This document shows positions 41,137 to 51,314 of a stretch of DNA of 64,000 nucleotides, in pieces. The translations under genes and the position numbers were made by a program. Numbering within the stretch: the first letter of the stretch is position 1; each line of letters opens with the position of its first letter. The stretch is from an uncultured Bacilli bacterium (GTDB lineage: Bacteria; Bacillota_I; Bacilli_A; ML615J-28; CAG-698). Below the pieces are notes generated by a model that was not told the DNA's origin, made no database searches, and saw only the letters and a list, made by a program, of their open reading frames with translations. Location of the stretch: assembly GCA_947627195.1 (NCBI GenBank), contig CANQVC010000003.1:9871-73870 (forward strand), written 5' to 3'.

Positions 41137-42124
41137 CCAACTTTCTAATAATCTTTTGAATTAATTTGTTCAATAAAATTGATGCGACAAACAATATCGT
41201 TGCAATAGCTGATGCATAACCCATTTCAAAACGTAAACTACCATAATCTGTTAAGTGGTTTACAATTGTATGACCAGCATAAGATACTGAAGGGAAACCA
41301 GCTAAAGATGTTGTAATAGAACCTACTCCTAAAGCAGAAGATATTTGAATAACGGCACTAAACATTAGTTGTGGTTTTAATTGTGGTAAAGTAATATACC
41401 ATAATTCTTGCCAACGATTCTTTACTCCATCGACAGCTGCTGCTTCATATAGTGTTTTATCTACACCTTTTAAACCAGCTATTAATGCTAAGAAGTTAAC
41501 ACCTAAACTCATCCATAATTGAACAATAATTACGATTGGTAAAATGTATTTCGCATTTGTTAACCAAGTAATTGGTTGAGAAATAAATCCCCATGACATT
41601 AAGAACGAGTTAGCATATCCATACATATCACTTGAGAATATTAATGTCCAAATAGTAATGGCATTTCCTGAAAGAGATGGTGCATAGAAAACTAAGGTCA
41701 TGATGGTTCTTAATTTACCAGGTAATTCATTAATTAACCATGCCATAACAAATGACATTAAATAACCAAGTGGTCCACATATAACTGCTATAATTAATGT
41801 ATTCTTAACAGCTGTTATAAATATTTCATCATCTAAAAATAAAGTTAAATAGTTTTTAAATCCTAACCATGAAGGAGCTTCTAACATATTAAAGTAGGTG
41901 AAACTTAAGCAGAAACTCATAACTACAGGAACGACTGTAAATAATGTAAATAGAATAACATAAGGTAACATCATTAAATATAATGTTCTATTTAAATATA
42001 ATTTACGTCTTAATGGTTTTTTTCTACTCCAATGGTCGATTTTAATACCAGTTCGATGTTTCCAATCTAAGAATTGGTGCCATTTTTCTTTGAACCAGTT
42101 TTCTTTTTTTACTGTTTCTTCCAT
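41129..42124 (-). CDS. Carbohydrate ABC permease (MalF-like)
   Basis: LYEAAAVDG EAA loop, MGYASA. Confidence 0.9.
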   Translation of the reverse strand: MEETVKKENWFKEKWHQFLDWKHRTGIKIDHWSRKKPLRRKLYLNRTLYLMMLPYVILFTLFTVVPVVMSFCLSFTYFNMLEAPSWLGFKNYLTLFLDDEIFITAVKNTLIIAVICGPLGYLMSFVMAWLINELPGKLRTIMTLVFYAPSLSGNAITIWTLIFSSDMYGYANSFLMSWGFISQPITWLTNAKYILPIVIIVQLWMSLGVNFLALIAGLKGVDKTLYEAAAVDGVKNRWQELWYITLPQLKPQLMFSAVIQISSALGVGSITTSLAGFPSVSYAGHTIVNHLTDYGSLRFEMGYASAIATILFVASILLNKLIQKIIRKLGD

Positions 42125-42134
42125 TATTTTCCTC

Positions 42135-45100
42135 CTACTTCTTTGCTGCTTTCGTTGATGTTGCTAAACCAAATTCTTCACGTTTTCTGTCAATTTCACT
42201 ATTGATTGTTAAGATGTAATCAGATAATGTTTGACGTGGGTTTTCGTTATTATTAACAACATAACGGAATGCATTTTCAAGGTTACGTCCAGTATAATAT
42301 CCACCAGCAACTTCTGGAACACCAATTGTTTGTTCCCATTGATCTAACAATACGGCTTGTTCTTTTGTCGTCCATGATAAACGTTTAAATGCTTCAACAT
42401 TTGCAGTATTATGACGAGCTGCAGCTCCTAAAATTGCTTCAATTTCACGAGCATATCCAGCTTGTGTATCAGCACTTGTGAACCATTGCATGAACTTCCA
42501 TGATTCAAATGGTACATCTGTTTGTTTCATCATTATTAATGCTGTACCACTTGCAGCACCTAAATAATCAATTTCACCATTTTCTTTTTCAATACCAGGA
42601 AGTAATGCAAAATCCCATTTACCACGAATTTCTGGTGCAGAAACAGCTAATGTATTATAAATATCATAATTAACAATACCAATTGGTGTTTCACCACTAC
42701 GGAAACGGTTAACGAAACTTGCTTGAAGTGGGAAACTATAATCAGTATAGAAACTAGTCCAAAATTCGAATGCTCTCATTGCAGCTTCAGAATCAAAATT
42801 TGATTCAACATATTCTTCACCAAATTCATTAATAGATGTTCTATAAAATGCTGATTCTCTAGCATTATCAACTGATTGATATAAATATGATGCAAATATT
42901 TGGTTAACAACACTTGATGAACCTACTGTATTCAATGGTAAATAACATTCAAAATGTTGAATCTGTAATTCAGGAATTAAATTGATTAAATTATCCCAAG
43001 TTCTTGGAACTGACCAATCATATTCTTCAAACATATCAGTACGATAGAATAATACTAAGAAACTTTGAGTATATGGAAGAGCATAATAACCACCTTCAAA
43101 TTCATATGGTACCATCGCACTTTGTTTGAACCACATTGTTTCTTCATTTAAGGCAATTTCTTCAAATGAAGGGACATTATTATAACCAATTTCATCTAAT
43201 GCAGATCTTGAGAAAGTTGTTAAATCAAATGTAGCACCACGTAAAGCATAATTTACAGGAGTACCATTTGCTACGTTAATTGCAACATCTGGACCACGCC
43301 CTGCAAGTGTTGCCGTTAATAATACATCTGGAGAAACAACTTTTAGACTTACATTAACTCCATTTAATACACTATTAGGATTACTTCTTTCTTCATTAAT
43401 CATACTACTAATTGCATTAGCTTGTTCACGTCCTTGGTTTTCACTAGTTAATAGCCATACATCTACATCTTTCCATTCACTATTAGCTTCAGTCAAACCA
43501 ACACTTTCATAATCATAGAAGAATGATAAAACAAATCCTTTAATATTAAACCATAGACTACCAAAGGCATTTGGATTTGCTTTTGGAAGTTTGTAATCAG
43601 AACTATGAACTACAAGATAATCAATTGATAAAGCTTGTTGACTTACATCTAGAATCCATGTTCCTAATGAAGAAATATTTGTACTAAAATCAGATAGATT
43701 TTTTTGAATTTTATAATGATCTTTAATAAATTGTTTTAATTGAACTGACATTGTTTCAAGTGATGCTGTTTCACTACTCTTTTCTCCAGAAATTTCAGTA
43801 ATTTTTTTGGAAACATCAGTTAATGTATCAACAGCTTCTTGGAATTTTTCTTTTGCTTCAGCAATGAATTCTTTTCCACTGTCACCACCAAAATAATTAA
43901 TGTATGGGTCAGGATTAATACCAGTCTTTTGAATGATACGACGATATAATTTATTTAAATCATCAATGACATATTGAACACGACTAATTTGTGTTGCATA
44001 ATCACCTAAAGTACATTCTAATGTAATTGTATGTTTTCCTTTAGTTAGGTAGAATAAGAATGCTTCTTTATCAGTACCTAATGTAACGATACTCCAGTCA
44101 CTATTGTAAACAAATTTACAATTTTGTGCTTCTGCAAAAGGTGTTTCACCATCAATAGCAAGTTTTCTTGTTGAGAATAATCCACGGGAAACATTTTGTT
44201 TACAACGAAGTGATATTTCATACATGCCTTCTTCTTGAACTTCAAAGTCCCATGTAATCCAATCACCTGGTGTACTCCATTTAGCACCACCAATTGTATT
44301 TAATACTAATTTAACTGGTGATGATTTTGTTTTATTATGGTTTTCATCAATACAAACATTATATGCACTTGTTCTATCAGATACAGCATAAATTGTTGAA
44401 GAAGATCTAACAACATTAGTTGTACGACCATCTTCTTCAGGTCCACCTTCACCTTGAATTTGATATGCTACTTTACCACTAACAACTGGTTTACCTTGAT
44501 ATTGTGCTTTGTATTCTTCATATGAAATATATTTTTCAATACTTGTAACAAATACTTTAGAAACTAACATATTTTCACGAATTGATTCAATACCAATTGT
44601 ATGAGCACCAGCTGTAAAATAAATCATATATGGTTCTGTCACATATCCAACTTGATCATATACATATGAAGCTCTTAATTCAGGTTTTTCAACTTGTTTT
44701 GGTTTAATTTCATTTCCAGCTAAATCGACTAATTTACTACTTCCATCAGTAAATATTCTTTGGAATGCAACATTTGATAAATCGCTATATGGTATTTCTC
44801 CATCTATTTCAATTGCACGTTCAATATTAGCACCACCACTTGGTTCACCATCAGGATATACTTCTTCAGTTGATGGCATATATTCTAACAATAAATTATA
44901 AAAACCATTTTCAGGAATAACAACATCATAAATTAATTTTCCTAATGTTCCACTATAATTATAACTAACTTCATTAATTGTATGTGTAGCTCCTGTTGTA
45001 GTATCAAGTCCACTATTAGCATCTTGAGTTAATGTTGCATTATATTCAGCAGGAATTGCTTTATTTTCACCATTAACAACATAAGGATGATTTTCTGGGA

Positions 45101-45302
45101 AATTTTGTGGATAACTTTCCACATATTCTTTGTATTCACCACTTAATTCACTACCTCTAAGTGGAGTTGAATTAGACAATTTATGTCCACTACCAAAGCT
45201 TTGAATAACAACAACAAGAAGAAAAACAAATACAGCAACGCCTATAGCAATTAACGCTATTCTTTTTATCATCTTGCTCGATATTTTAATTTTGCGTTTC
45301 AT
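42135..45302 (-). CDS. Giant solute-binding protein with N-terminal CBM-like domains
   Basis: N-terminal TM; two beta-sandwich-like repeats; helical linker; C-terminal family-1 SBP (GPDV, LFYRTD, WDFALLPG); start set at ATG 45302 after GAAGGAGG. Confidence 0.8.
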   Translation of the reverse strand: MKRKIKISSKMIKRIALIAIGVAVFVFLLVVVIQSFGSGHKLSNSTPLRGSELSGEYKEYVESYPQNFPENHPYVVNGENKAIPAEYNATLTQDANSGLDTTTGATHTINEVSYNYSGTLGKLIYDVVIPENGFYNLLLEYMPSTEEVYPDGEPSGGANIERAIEIDGEIPYSDLSNVAFQRIFTDGSSKLVDLAGNEIKPKQVEKPELRASYVYDQVGYVTEPYMIYFTAGAHTIGIESIRENMLVSKVFVTSIEKYISYEEYKAQYQGKPVVSGKVAYQIQGEGGPEEDGRTTNVVRSSSTIYAVSDRTSAYNVCIDENHNKTKSSPVKLVLNTIGGAKWSTPGDWITWDFEVQEEGMYEISLRCKQNVSRGLFSTRKLAIDGETPFAEAQNCKFVYNSDWSIVTLGTDKEAFLFYLTKGKHTITLECTLGDYATQISRVQYVIDDLNKLYRRIIQKTGINPDPYINYFGGDSGKEFIAEAKEKFQEAVDTLTDVSKKITEISGEKSSETASLETMSVQLKQFIKDHYKIQKNLSDFSTNISSLGTWILDVSQQALSIDYLVVHSSDYKLPKANPNAFGSLWFNIKGFVLSFFYDYESVGLTEANSEWKDVDVWLLTSENQGREQANAISSMINEERSNPNSVLNGVNVSLKVVSPDVLLTATLAGRGPDVAINVANGTPVNYALRGATFDLTTFSRSALDEIGYNNVPSFEEIALNEETMWFKQSAMVPYEFEGGYYALPYTQSFLVLFYRTDMFEEYDWSVPRTWDNLINLIPELQIQHFECYLPLNTVGSSSVVNQIFASYLYQSVDNARESAFYRTSINEFGEEYVESNFDSEAAMRAFEFWTSFYTDYSFPLQASFVNRFRSGETPIGIVNYDIYNTLAVSAPEIRGKWDFALLPGIEKENGEIDYLGAASGTALIMMKQTDVPFESWKFMQWFTSADTQAGYAREIEAILGAAARHNTANVEAFKRLSWTTKEQAVLLDQWEQTIGVPEVAGGYYTGRNLENAFRYVVNNNENPRQTLSDYILTINSEIDRKREEFGLATSTKAAKK

Positions 45303-47139
45303 GAGCTCCTCCTTCATAAAAATCTAAACTCTTTATAGCAAATTCTTTCAGTTTTTCTAAATTTAAAATAGTTTTATCTAAACCACTATATTTATTACGA
45401 ATTAACCAAATTCTTTTTAATTCCAATATTAATCCATCTATCGAACCAATTGCTTCTTTTAGACAAGCAAGGCGATATTCGATATCAACTTTTGGTTGAT
45501 GAGCTAGACTAACTTTCATAATTGTTTTTAAAACATTAATTGAATGAATAATTTCATCTTTAACTAATGAATCAACATCAGCAAATGATAATTCTTTACA
45601 TTTTTGTTCAAAGAAATCATTCAATAAAATAAATTCTTCTAAACTTAAATAATTATATTTCATTTTAGAAGTGAAATATTGAATTGGATCTTTTTCTTTT
45701 AAAGCATTTAATGCCCAAACCATTGAATAAAATGTTACACTACCATTACCTGTATAATGTGGTTCATATTTAAAATATGTACCAATATCCATCAATATAT
45801 CAGAAATTAATTCTTTGGAATCATGGAAGATATAATGATTTAAATAATATTTTAAATCTTTATAAGTTCCTTCTTTACAACGATAACTTAATAAACCAGC
45901 ATAAGCTAAAGGAGCAAATGAAATTGGTAAATGTTGCAAATGACCAACATCTCCCCAATCAGTAAGAATAACTCCCATTCCACCTAATTTATAAATATCC
46001 CAAACAGCATTATTAATTGTTTCTAACCAGTCTTGAGTTCGACCTAATAATGTGCACCATGTAGTAGTTCCTGGAGCAGCCATAAATTTAACCCCAGCAT
46101 TTTTTAATTTTGATAAATGATCGTAGAAAGGATATTCAGCATCATATCCCCAATCAACAAATATCATATCTTTAGGAATTTTTGATAAGACATTGTCATG
46201 ACGAATAAGAACATCTCCCCAAATTAATGGTGTTTTATGATATTTCTTTATTTCTTCATATGCTTTTATTGTATAATCTAAATATACATTTTCTTCGCCA
46301 TATTTTTCACATTCTTCTTTAGATTTATCTTTTCCTAATTCGAATGGTTCATCAAAATTCATATGAAAATAAGATGATTTAAAATGAGGGAGCATATCGT
46401 GATACATTTTTTTAACTAATTCAATTGACTTTTCATCTAAAGGATTTAAAGTACTAGGTTTCCGATGTGAGCCCCATAAATCAATTCCATTAGGTGCTTC
46501 AGCAAGTTCTTTAAATTCATCTTTTTCAAGCCAATCAGTCATATGTCCAAATCCATTTTGATTTGGTACAAAATCTATTTCGTGTAATAAAGCATAATCT
46601 TCAATTTCATGATATTCATCAAGACTTAAATATGAATCTTTTTCTAGATATTGTTTAAATGATTTATATTCAAAACTAAATCCTTCAACATATAATTCTA
46701 AATGATTCATTTTTAAATCACTCATTATATCAATAATTTTCTTTACAGTTTCTACCTTTGGCACTTTATTACGACTAATATCGTAAGTAAATCCTCTAAT
46801 TTCAATATCAGGACCATCTTCAATATGAACACATTTCATAAAAGGGTGATATATCTGTTTTAACGTTTTCACAGCATAATAAAAACCACTATTACTATTA
46901 GCATATATTGTAATTTTGTTTGGTTCAATATCAAGTTCGTAATATTGATCTTTTAAAGATTTTTTTGTTATTAATAAAAAGTTGCTTTCCTCTTTAGATA
47001 CTTGTTTATATTTTATAAATTCATTTAATTCTTGTATAACAGATTTTATGTTTATATCAAAGTAAATAAAGAATTCTGTTATATTTAATTCACCAAGTAA
47101 ATCCTTTTGAATTTTTACTCTAGGGTAAATGAGATACAT
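45286..47139 (-). CDS. GH20 beta-N-acetylhexosaminidase
   Basis: RGFTYDISR, GH, HMNFDE catalytic pair, WGD, TDWGD; no signal peptide. Confidence 0.88.
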   Translation of the reverse strand: MYLIYPRVKIQKDLLGELNITEFFIYFDINIKSVIQELNEFIKYKQVSKEESNFLLITKKSLKDQYYELDIEPNKITIYANSNSGFYYAVKTLKQIYHPFMKCVHIEDGPDIEIRGFTYDISRNKVPKVETVKKIIDIMSDLKMNHLELYVEGFSFEYKSFKQYLEKDSYLSLDEYHEIEDYALLHEIDFVPNQNGFGHMTDWLEKDEFKELAEAPNGIDLWGSHRKPSTLNPLDEKSIELVKKMYHDMLPHFKSSYFHMNFDEPFELGKDKSKEECEKYGEENVYLDYTIKAYEEIKKYHKTPLIWGDVLIRHDNVLSKIPKDMIFVDWGYDAEYPFYDHLSKLKNAGVKFMAAPGTTTWCTLLGRTQDWLETINNAVWDIYKLGGMGVILTDWGDVGHLQHLPISFAPLAYAGLLSYRCKEGTYKDLKYYLNHYIFHDSKELISDILMDIGTYFKYEPHYTGNGSVTFYSMVWALNALKEKDPIQYFTSKMKYNYLSLEEFILLNDFFEQKCKELSFADVDSLVKDEIIHSINVLKTIMKVSLAHQPKVDIEYRLACLKEAIGSIDGLILELKRIWLIRNKYSGLDKTILNLEKLKEFAIKSLDFYEGGAHETQN

Positions 47140-47153
47140 GATTCCTCCTTTCT

Positions 47154-47209
47154 AGAAAAAGCGTTTTTTCTCTTATGTTTATTATACCATAGTATACCAT
47201 TTTTTTCAA
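47154..47209 (-). promoter_or_regulatory. Promoter and cre/LacI-like operator of the GH20-ABC operon
   Basis: TTGAAA(47204-47209)-17-TATAAT(47181-47186) with TG; near-palindrome AGAAAAAGCGTTTTTTCT 47154-47171. Confidence 0.65.
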
Positions 47210-47617
47210 GGCATATTTCAATTTTTGTTAATACTTTTTCAAAATGATACCAGTTTCTCATTTTTCAAAATGATACCACCTATTTGATATTTTTTTAATT
47301 GTTTTAATATATATGACCATATATTCAATAATATTTGAAATTGTATTTATTTCATAAATTGTTTTAAAATTAATGATTTTATTAACACATATAACTCTTT
47401 TTAATTAAAAACAGCTAATAAATAAAGTATTTTATCTAAAAAAAAGTCAATTTAAAATTTAAATTATATTTCAAATAAAAATAATCAATAGCTAAAGATT
47501 ACTAAATATTTTAAAAAAATTATTTTACTTAACTAAAACAATATTATATTTTTACTAATTTCAAATATTTAAATGGTATCATTTTGATTAATGATTAACA
47601 GGCATATTTCAATTTTT
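47209..47617. repeat. Two families of exact intergenic repeats
   Basis: AGGCATATTTCAATTTTT at 47209-47226 and 47600-47617; TTTTTCAAAATGATACCA at 47235-47252 and 47261-47278, inverted 14-mer at 47574-47587. Confidence 0.85.
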
Positions 47618-47717
47618 ATGTGCAATGTGCACATTTTTATTTTTTGTTTAAGATATAATAAAAAAATAATTAATTAAAAATTTCCTACTTATAAATATAA
47701 TAAAAAAGCTGATAATG

Positions 47718-48335
47718 TCATTTAAGATCATTATCAACTTTATTACTTTCTAACAAAGAATATTTACATCCACAATATTCTTGACGGTATAAATTATATT
47801 TTTTCGATAATTGAATAGATTTTTTATATCCTTCTTTTTTCTTAAAATTGGAATAGAAAAAAGGAATATCATAAACTTTAGAAAAATGTTCACCAAGTTC
47901 ATTTATCCAATCACTATTTTTATAAGGGCTAATTGAAAGAGTTGTTGTGAAAAAATCATAACCTAATCTTTTAGCTTCTTTAGCTGTTTCTTCTAAACGG
48001 AAGCTATAACAACAATAACATCTTTTACTTCCTTCTTTTAAATGTTCAAACCCTAATATAGCATTATCATATCTAAGTGGGTCATACTTTCCCTCGATGA
48101 ATTTAAATTCTAGAGGAATCTTTTTAAATTGTTCTTTTCTTTTATCATATTCTTCTTTAGGAAAAATATTAGGATTATCATAAAAAATAGTAATTGCAAA
48201 ATATTTATTTAAAATGTCCAATACTTCAGTAGAACAAGGTGCACAACAAGCATGAATTAATATTTTAGGTTTAGGATTTTGTGGTTCTGATTTAAGAAAT
48301 TCAGTATAAGCTAAATAGCTATCAACTTTAAACAT
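47718..48335 (-). CDS. queH: Epoxyqueuosine reductase QueH (DUF208)
   Basis: HACCAPCS, NPNI, RC..C...RL, YRQEYCGC. Confidence 0.92.
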   Translation of the reverse strand: MFKVDSYLAYTEFLKSEPQNPKPKILIHACCAPCSTEVLDILNKYFAITIFYDNPNIFPKEEYDKRKEQFKKIPLEFKFIEGKYDPLRYDNAILGFEHLKEGSKRCYCCYSFRLEETAKEAKRLGYDFFTTTLSISPYKNSDWINELGEHFSKVYDIPFFYSNFKKKEGYKKSIQLSKKYNLYRQEYCGCKYSLLESNKVDNDLK

Positions 48336-48336
48336 T

Positions 48337-49662
48337 TTAATAAGGTTTTACATCCTTTGTCCAAGCTTTTAATAATAATTCTCTAGCTTTAACTAATGTT
48401 GGTTTATCATTTTTAACAAAGTCATGATATGTAAAGAAAACACATCCTTTAACATTTTCATATAAATCATTAACTTTCAATTGGTTAATTATTTCTTCAG
48501 GATTTCCCCAATTGCCATGATCAGTATAACGATAAATTCCTTGACCAATATATAATTTAACATTAGTCTTTTTTGCTGCCCAACTCCACCAATCAACTAA
48601 ATCAGCATATTTCACAATTTCAATTGTTTTGCCATCTTCTGCTACTTTAAAACTATCTAAGGAAAAATAATCTTGAGGAACAACATAATCTATCCAACCT
48701 TTTTCCATCCATAGATATATATCAGCATATAATCCTTCATAACATTGGAAACATGAATGATGATTATGTGAGCCATATTCCCATCCGCCTTCTTTACCAG
48801 CTTCAGCGAAATGACTAGAATGAGTACGATAAATACCAAATGGACTAATACCAAATTCTACTTTATGATCTAACGTATTTAACGCATCATGAATTTTCTT
48901 AATCATGGTATTAACATTTTCTCTTCTAAAATCATCTAAAGAAAGTTCAGGGTGTAATGCTTGATGTTTTTTTTCTTCAAGTGGATCACTAATTGGATCA
49001 TATGGATAAAAATAATCATCGATATGAATAGCTTTAATTGGATATTTTTTCGCAATTTCTAATACTGTATCAACAAGATAATCTTGAACTTTCGAACTAG
49101 CTGGATCTAATATTAATTTATGTTCAGATGTTTCAATAACACAATCAGGATATTTACGAGCAAAATTTTTAGGACTTAATTTTTCTTGTAAGAATTGTTC
49201 TTTTGTCATGTTAATTTCATTTAATTTTGTACCTCTAACACGATAAGGATTCATCCATGCATGTACATCAATTTCAGCTTCTTTTGCTTTATTAACAAAA
49301 TAACCAAATAAATCAAATCCAGGATCTTCATCTTCAGTTTTTGTCTTACTTAAATAACAACTCCATGGATTAATATCTGATTGGTAAAAGGCATCACATC
49401 CTGGACGTACTTGAAATACAACAGTATTTAAATGATATTTTTTACAAGTTTTAATGACATCATCCATTTGTTCTTTGTATTCTTCAATAGAATCACAAGG
49501 ATGTATATCAATATTTTCCACAGTAGAAAACCAAACACCTCTAGTTTCTTGCTTTTTTTCTTTCACATTTTCGTTAATCATGACAGGTTTATCAGTACCA
49601 TAATATGTAATAAATCCTTCACGTTCAACACATTCAATTTTCTTCATCATTATTCTCCTCAT
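48337..49662 (-). CDS. GHL10 (YddW/DigH-like) glycosyl hydrolase, cytoplasmic
   Basis: RGVW, FQVRP, HAWMNPYR, HIDDYFYP, FGISPFG, DYVVPQ. Confidence 0.85.
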   Translation of the reverse strand: MRRIMMKKIECVEREGFITYYGTDKPVMINENVKEKKQETRGVWFSTVENIDIHPCDSIEEYKEQMDDVIKTCKKYHLNTVVFQVRPGCDAFYQSDINPWSCYLSKTKTEDEDPGFDLFGYFVNKAKEAEIDVHAWMNPYRVRGTKLNEINMTKEQFLQEKLSPKNFARKYPDCVIETSEHKLILDPASSKVQDYLVDTVLEIAKKYPIKAIHIDDYFYPYDPISDPLEEKKHQALHPELSLDDFRRENVNTMIKKIHDALNTLDHKVEFGISPFGIYRTHSSHFAEAGKEGGWEYGSHNHHSCFQCYEGLYADIYLWMEKGWIDYVVPQDYFSLDSFKVAEDGKTIEIVKYADLVDWWSWAAKKTNVKLYIGQGIYRYTDHGNWGNPEEIINQLKVNDLYENVKGCVFFTYHDFVKNDKPTLVKARELLLKAWTKDVKPY

Positions 49663-50593
49663 ATAATTCTTCTAAAATTGTTATTTCTTGTTTATTAGCA
49701 TCTAATCTTACTTTTAAGCCAATTGGTAAATTAATAAAAGGAAATTGATGACCAGATGCAAAATGATAAATAACAGGTTTATTTAAATTTTGAAAATATT
49801 CTTGAATTAATTCATCAACTTCAGGTTCATCATCATCTTTATGACAATTTGTGAAATGTCCAAAGATAAATCCTTTAGCTTCATCAAGATATCCCCCTAA
49901 TCTTAATTGAGCAAACATCCGATCAATATTATATGGTTGTTCATCAACTTCTTCAATAAAAACAATTTTATCTTTAAAATCAATTTCATAAGGAGTACCT
50001 ATCAAATCGGATATTAAACATAAGTTGCCACCACTCATTTCTCCTTCAACAATTCCTCCACATAATGTTTTAGCATCATTATAAGGATTTTTTAAAACAC
50101 GGTTTAAAGTGTTAGTTGTCAATAATGTTTTAAATTCATTTAAGGAAAATTCATCACATTTAGGACTTGATATAAATATTCCAACTTGTCCATGAACCGT
50201 TGGTAAATAACTATATTTATATAAATTATTTAATAATACAGTAATATCACTAAATCCCATAAATAATTTAGGATGTTTTTTAATCATTTCATAATCTATT
50301 TTATCAACAATTCTACTTGCTCCACAGCCACCTTTATAACATATAATAGCTTTTATATTAGGATCTAAAAACATTTGATGAATGTCATTTATTCTTTCTT
50401 CATCATTTCCTGCTAAATAGCCATGTTGTAAATAACATGTTTTGCCAAATTGAACATTATAACCAAAAGAAGAAAAAATATCTTCAATTTTTTTCATTCT
50501 TTCTTGTTGTTTATTTCTTGAAGAAGGGCAAATAAAACCAATTGTATCCCCTTTCTTCAACATTCTTACTTGACATTTATTCATATTAATCAC
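49634..50593 (-). CDS. ldcA: S66 LD-carboxypeptidase
   Basis: GFSDIT, GGNL, FIEEVDE, SGH triad motifs. Confidence 0.9.
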   Translation of the reverse strand: MINMNKCQVRMLKKGDTIGFICPSSRNKQQERMKKIEDIFSSFGYNVQFGKTCYLQHGYLAGNDEERINDIHQMFLDPNIKAIICYKGGCGASRIVDKIDYEMIKKHPKLFMGFSDITVLLNNLYKYSYLPTVHGQVGIFISSPKCDEFSLNEFKTLLTTNTLNRVLKNPYNDAKTLCGGIVEGEMSGGNLCLISDLIGTPYEIDFKDKIVFIEEVDEQPYNIDRMFAQLRLGGYLDEAKGFIFGHFTNCHKDDDEPEVDELIQEYFQNLNKPVIYHFASGHQFPFINLPIGLKVRLDANKQEITILEELYEENNDEEN

Positions 50594-51284
50594 TAAATGA
50601 ATTAGGTTTTACAGTAAATTTGCCATAATCTTGGACATTAAATGCTTGAGCATGTTCACATTTAGCTAAGCATCCACGAACATAAGTTAAATGAGTATAA
50701 TAATTATAATATTTAAAATCTTTACTGTTCATAATAAACCAATGTTTAGCAATAGCTTTTGTCCATAAATCATAACCTTCAGAACAATTAACTAAAATAT
50801 ATGGATCAAATCCTATTCTATCTTCCCAGTTTTCACAGAAATATACTGGAGAATACCATCTTTCAAGAGGTACTTTATCCCCCATATCAATGCCTGCATA
50901 AAATTGAGCATCAACTACAATTTTAGAACATGTTGCATGATCTTTATGCATACTATTTTTCCAATGAGTGAAAATTGCATTTGGACGATATTTACGAATT
51001 AAAGCTGCAACTTGTAATCTAACTTCATCATTATCAGGAAGTTCACCATCACAATAAGGGAATACAATTGATTCACCATTTAACATTTCCGCAAATTCTT
51101 TTGCTTCTTTTACTTTTTGCACACGATATTCTTCAACAGTCATTGTTTTGGGATTTCCTCTTTCACCTGCTGTTAAAGCAACAGTAATAATTCTATCACC
51201 TATTAATGCTTGTGTAGCTAATACACAACCACATGTTAACTCCATATCACCGATATGTCCACCAATTGCCATAAATGTTTTCAT
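50586..51284 (-). CDS. PIG-L/LmbE family de-N-acetylase
   Basis: GHIGDME variant of HPDDE, TAGE, HKDH. Confidence 0.8.
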   Translation of the reverse strand: MKTFMAIGGHIGDMELTCGCVLATQALIGDRIITVALTAGERGNPKTMTVEEYRVQKVKEAKEFAEMLNGESIVFPYCDGELPDNDEVRLQVAALIRKYRPNAIFTHWKNSMHKDHATCSKIVVDAQFYAGIDMGDKVPLERWYSPVYFCENWEDRIGFDPYILVNCSEGYDLWTKAIAKHWFIMNSKDFKYYNYYTHLTYVRGCLAKCEHAQAFNVQDYGKFTVKPNSFSD

Positions 51285-51314
51285 TTTTTAATTCTCCTTT
51301 TTTATATTTATTTT

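Noticed and set aside
47235-47278. 18-bp direct repeats as mini-CRISPR
   Set aside because: Two copies, 8-bp spacer, no cas genes.
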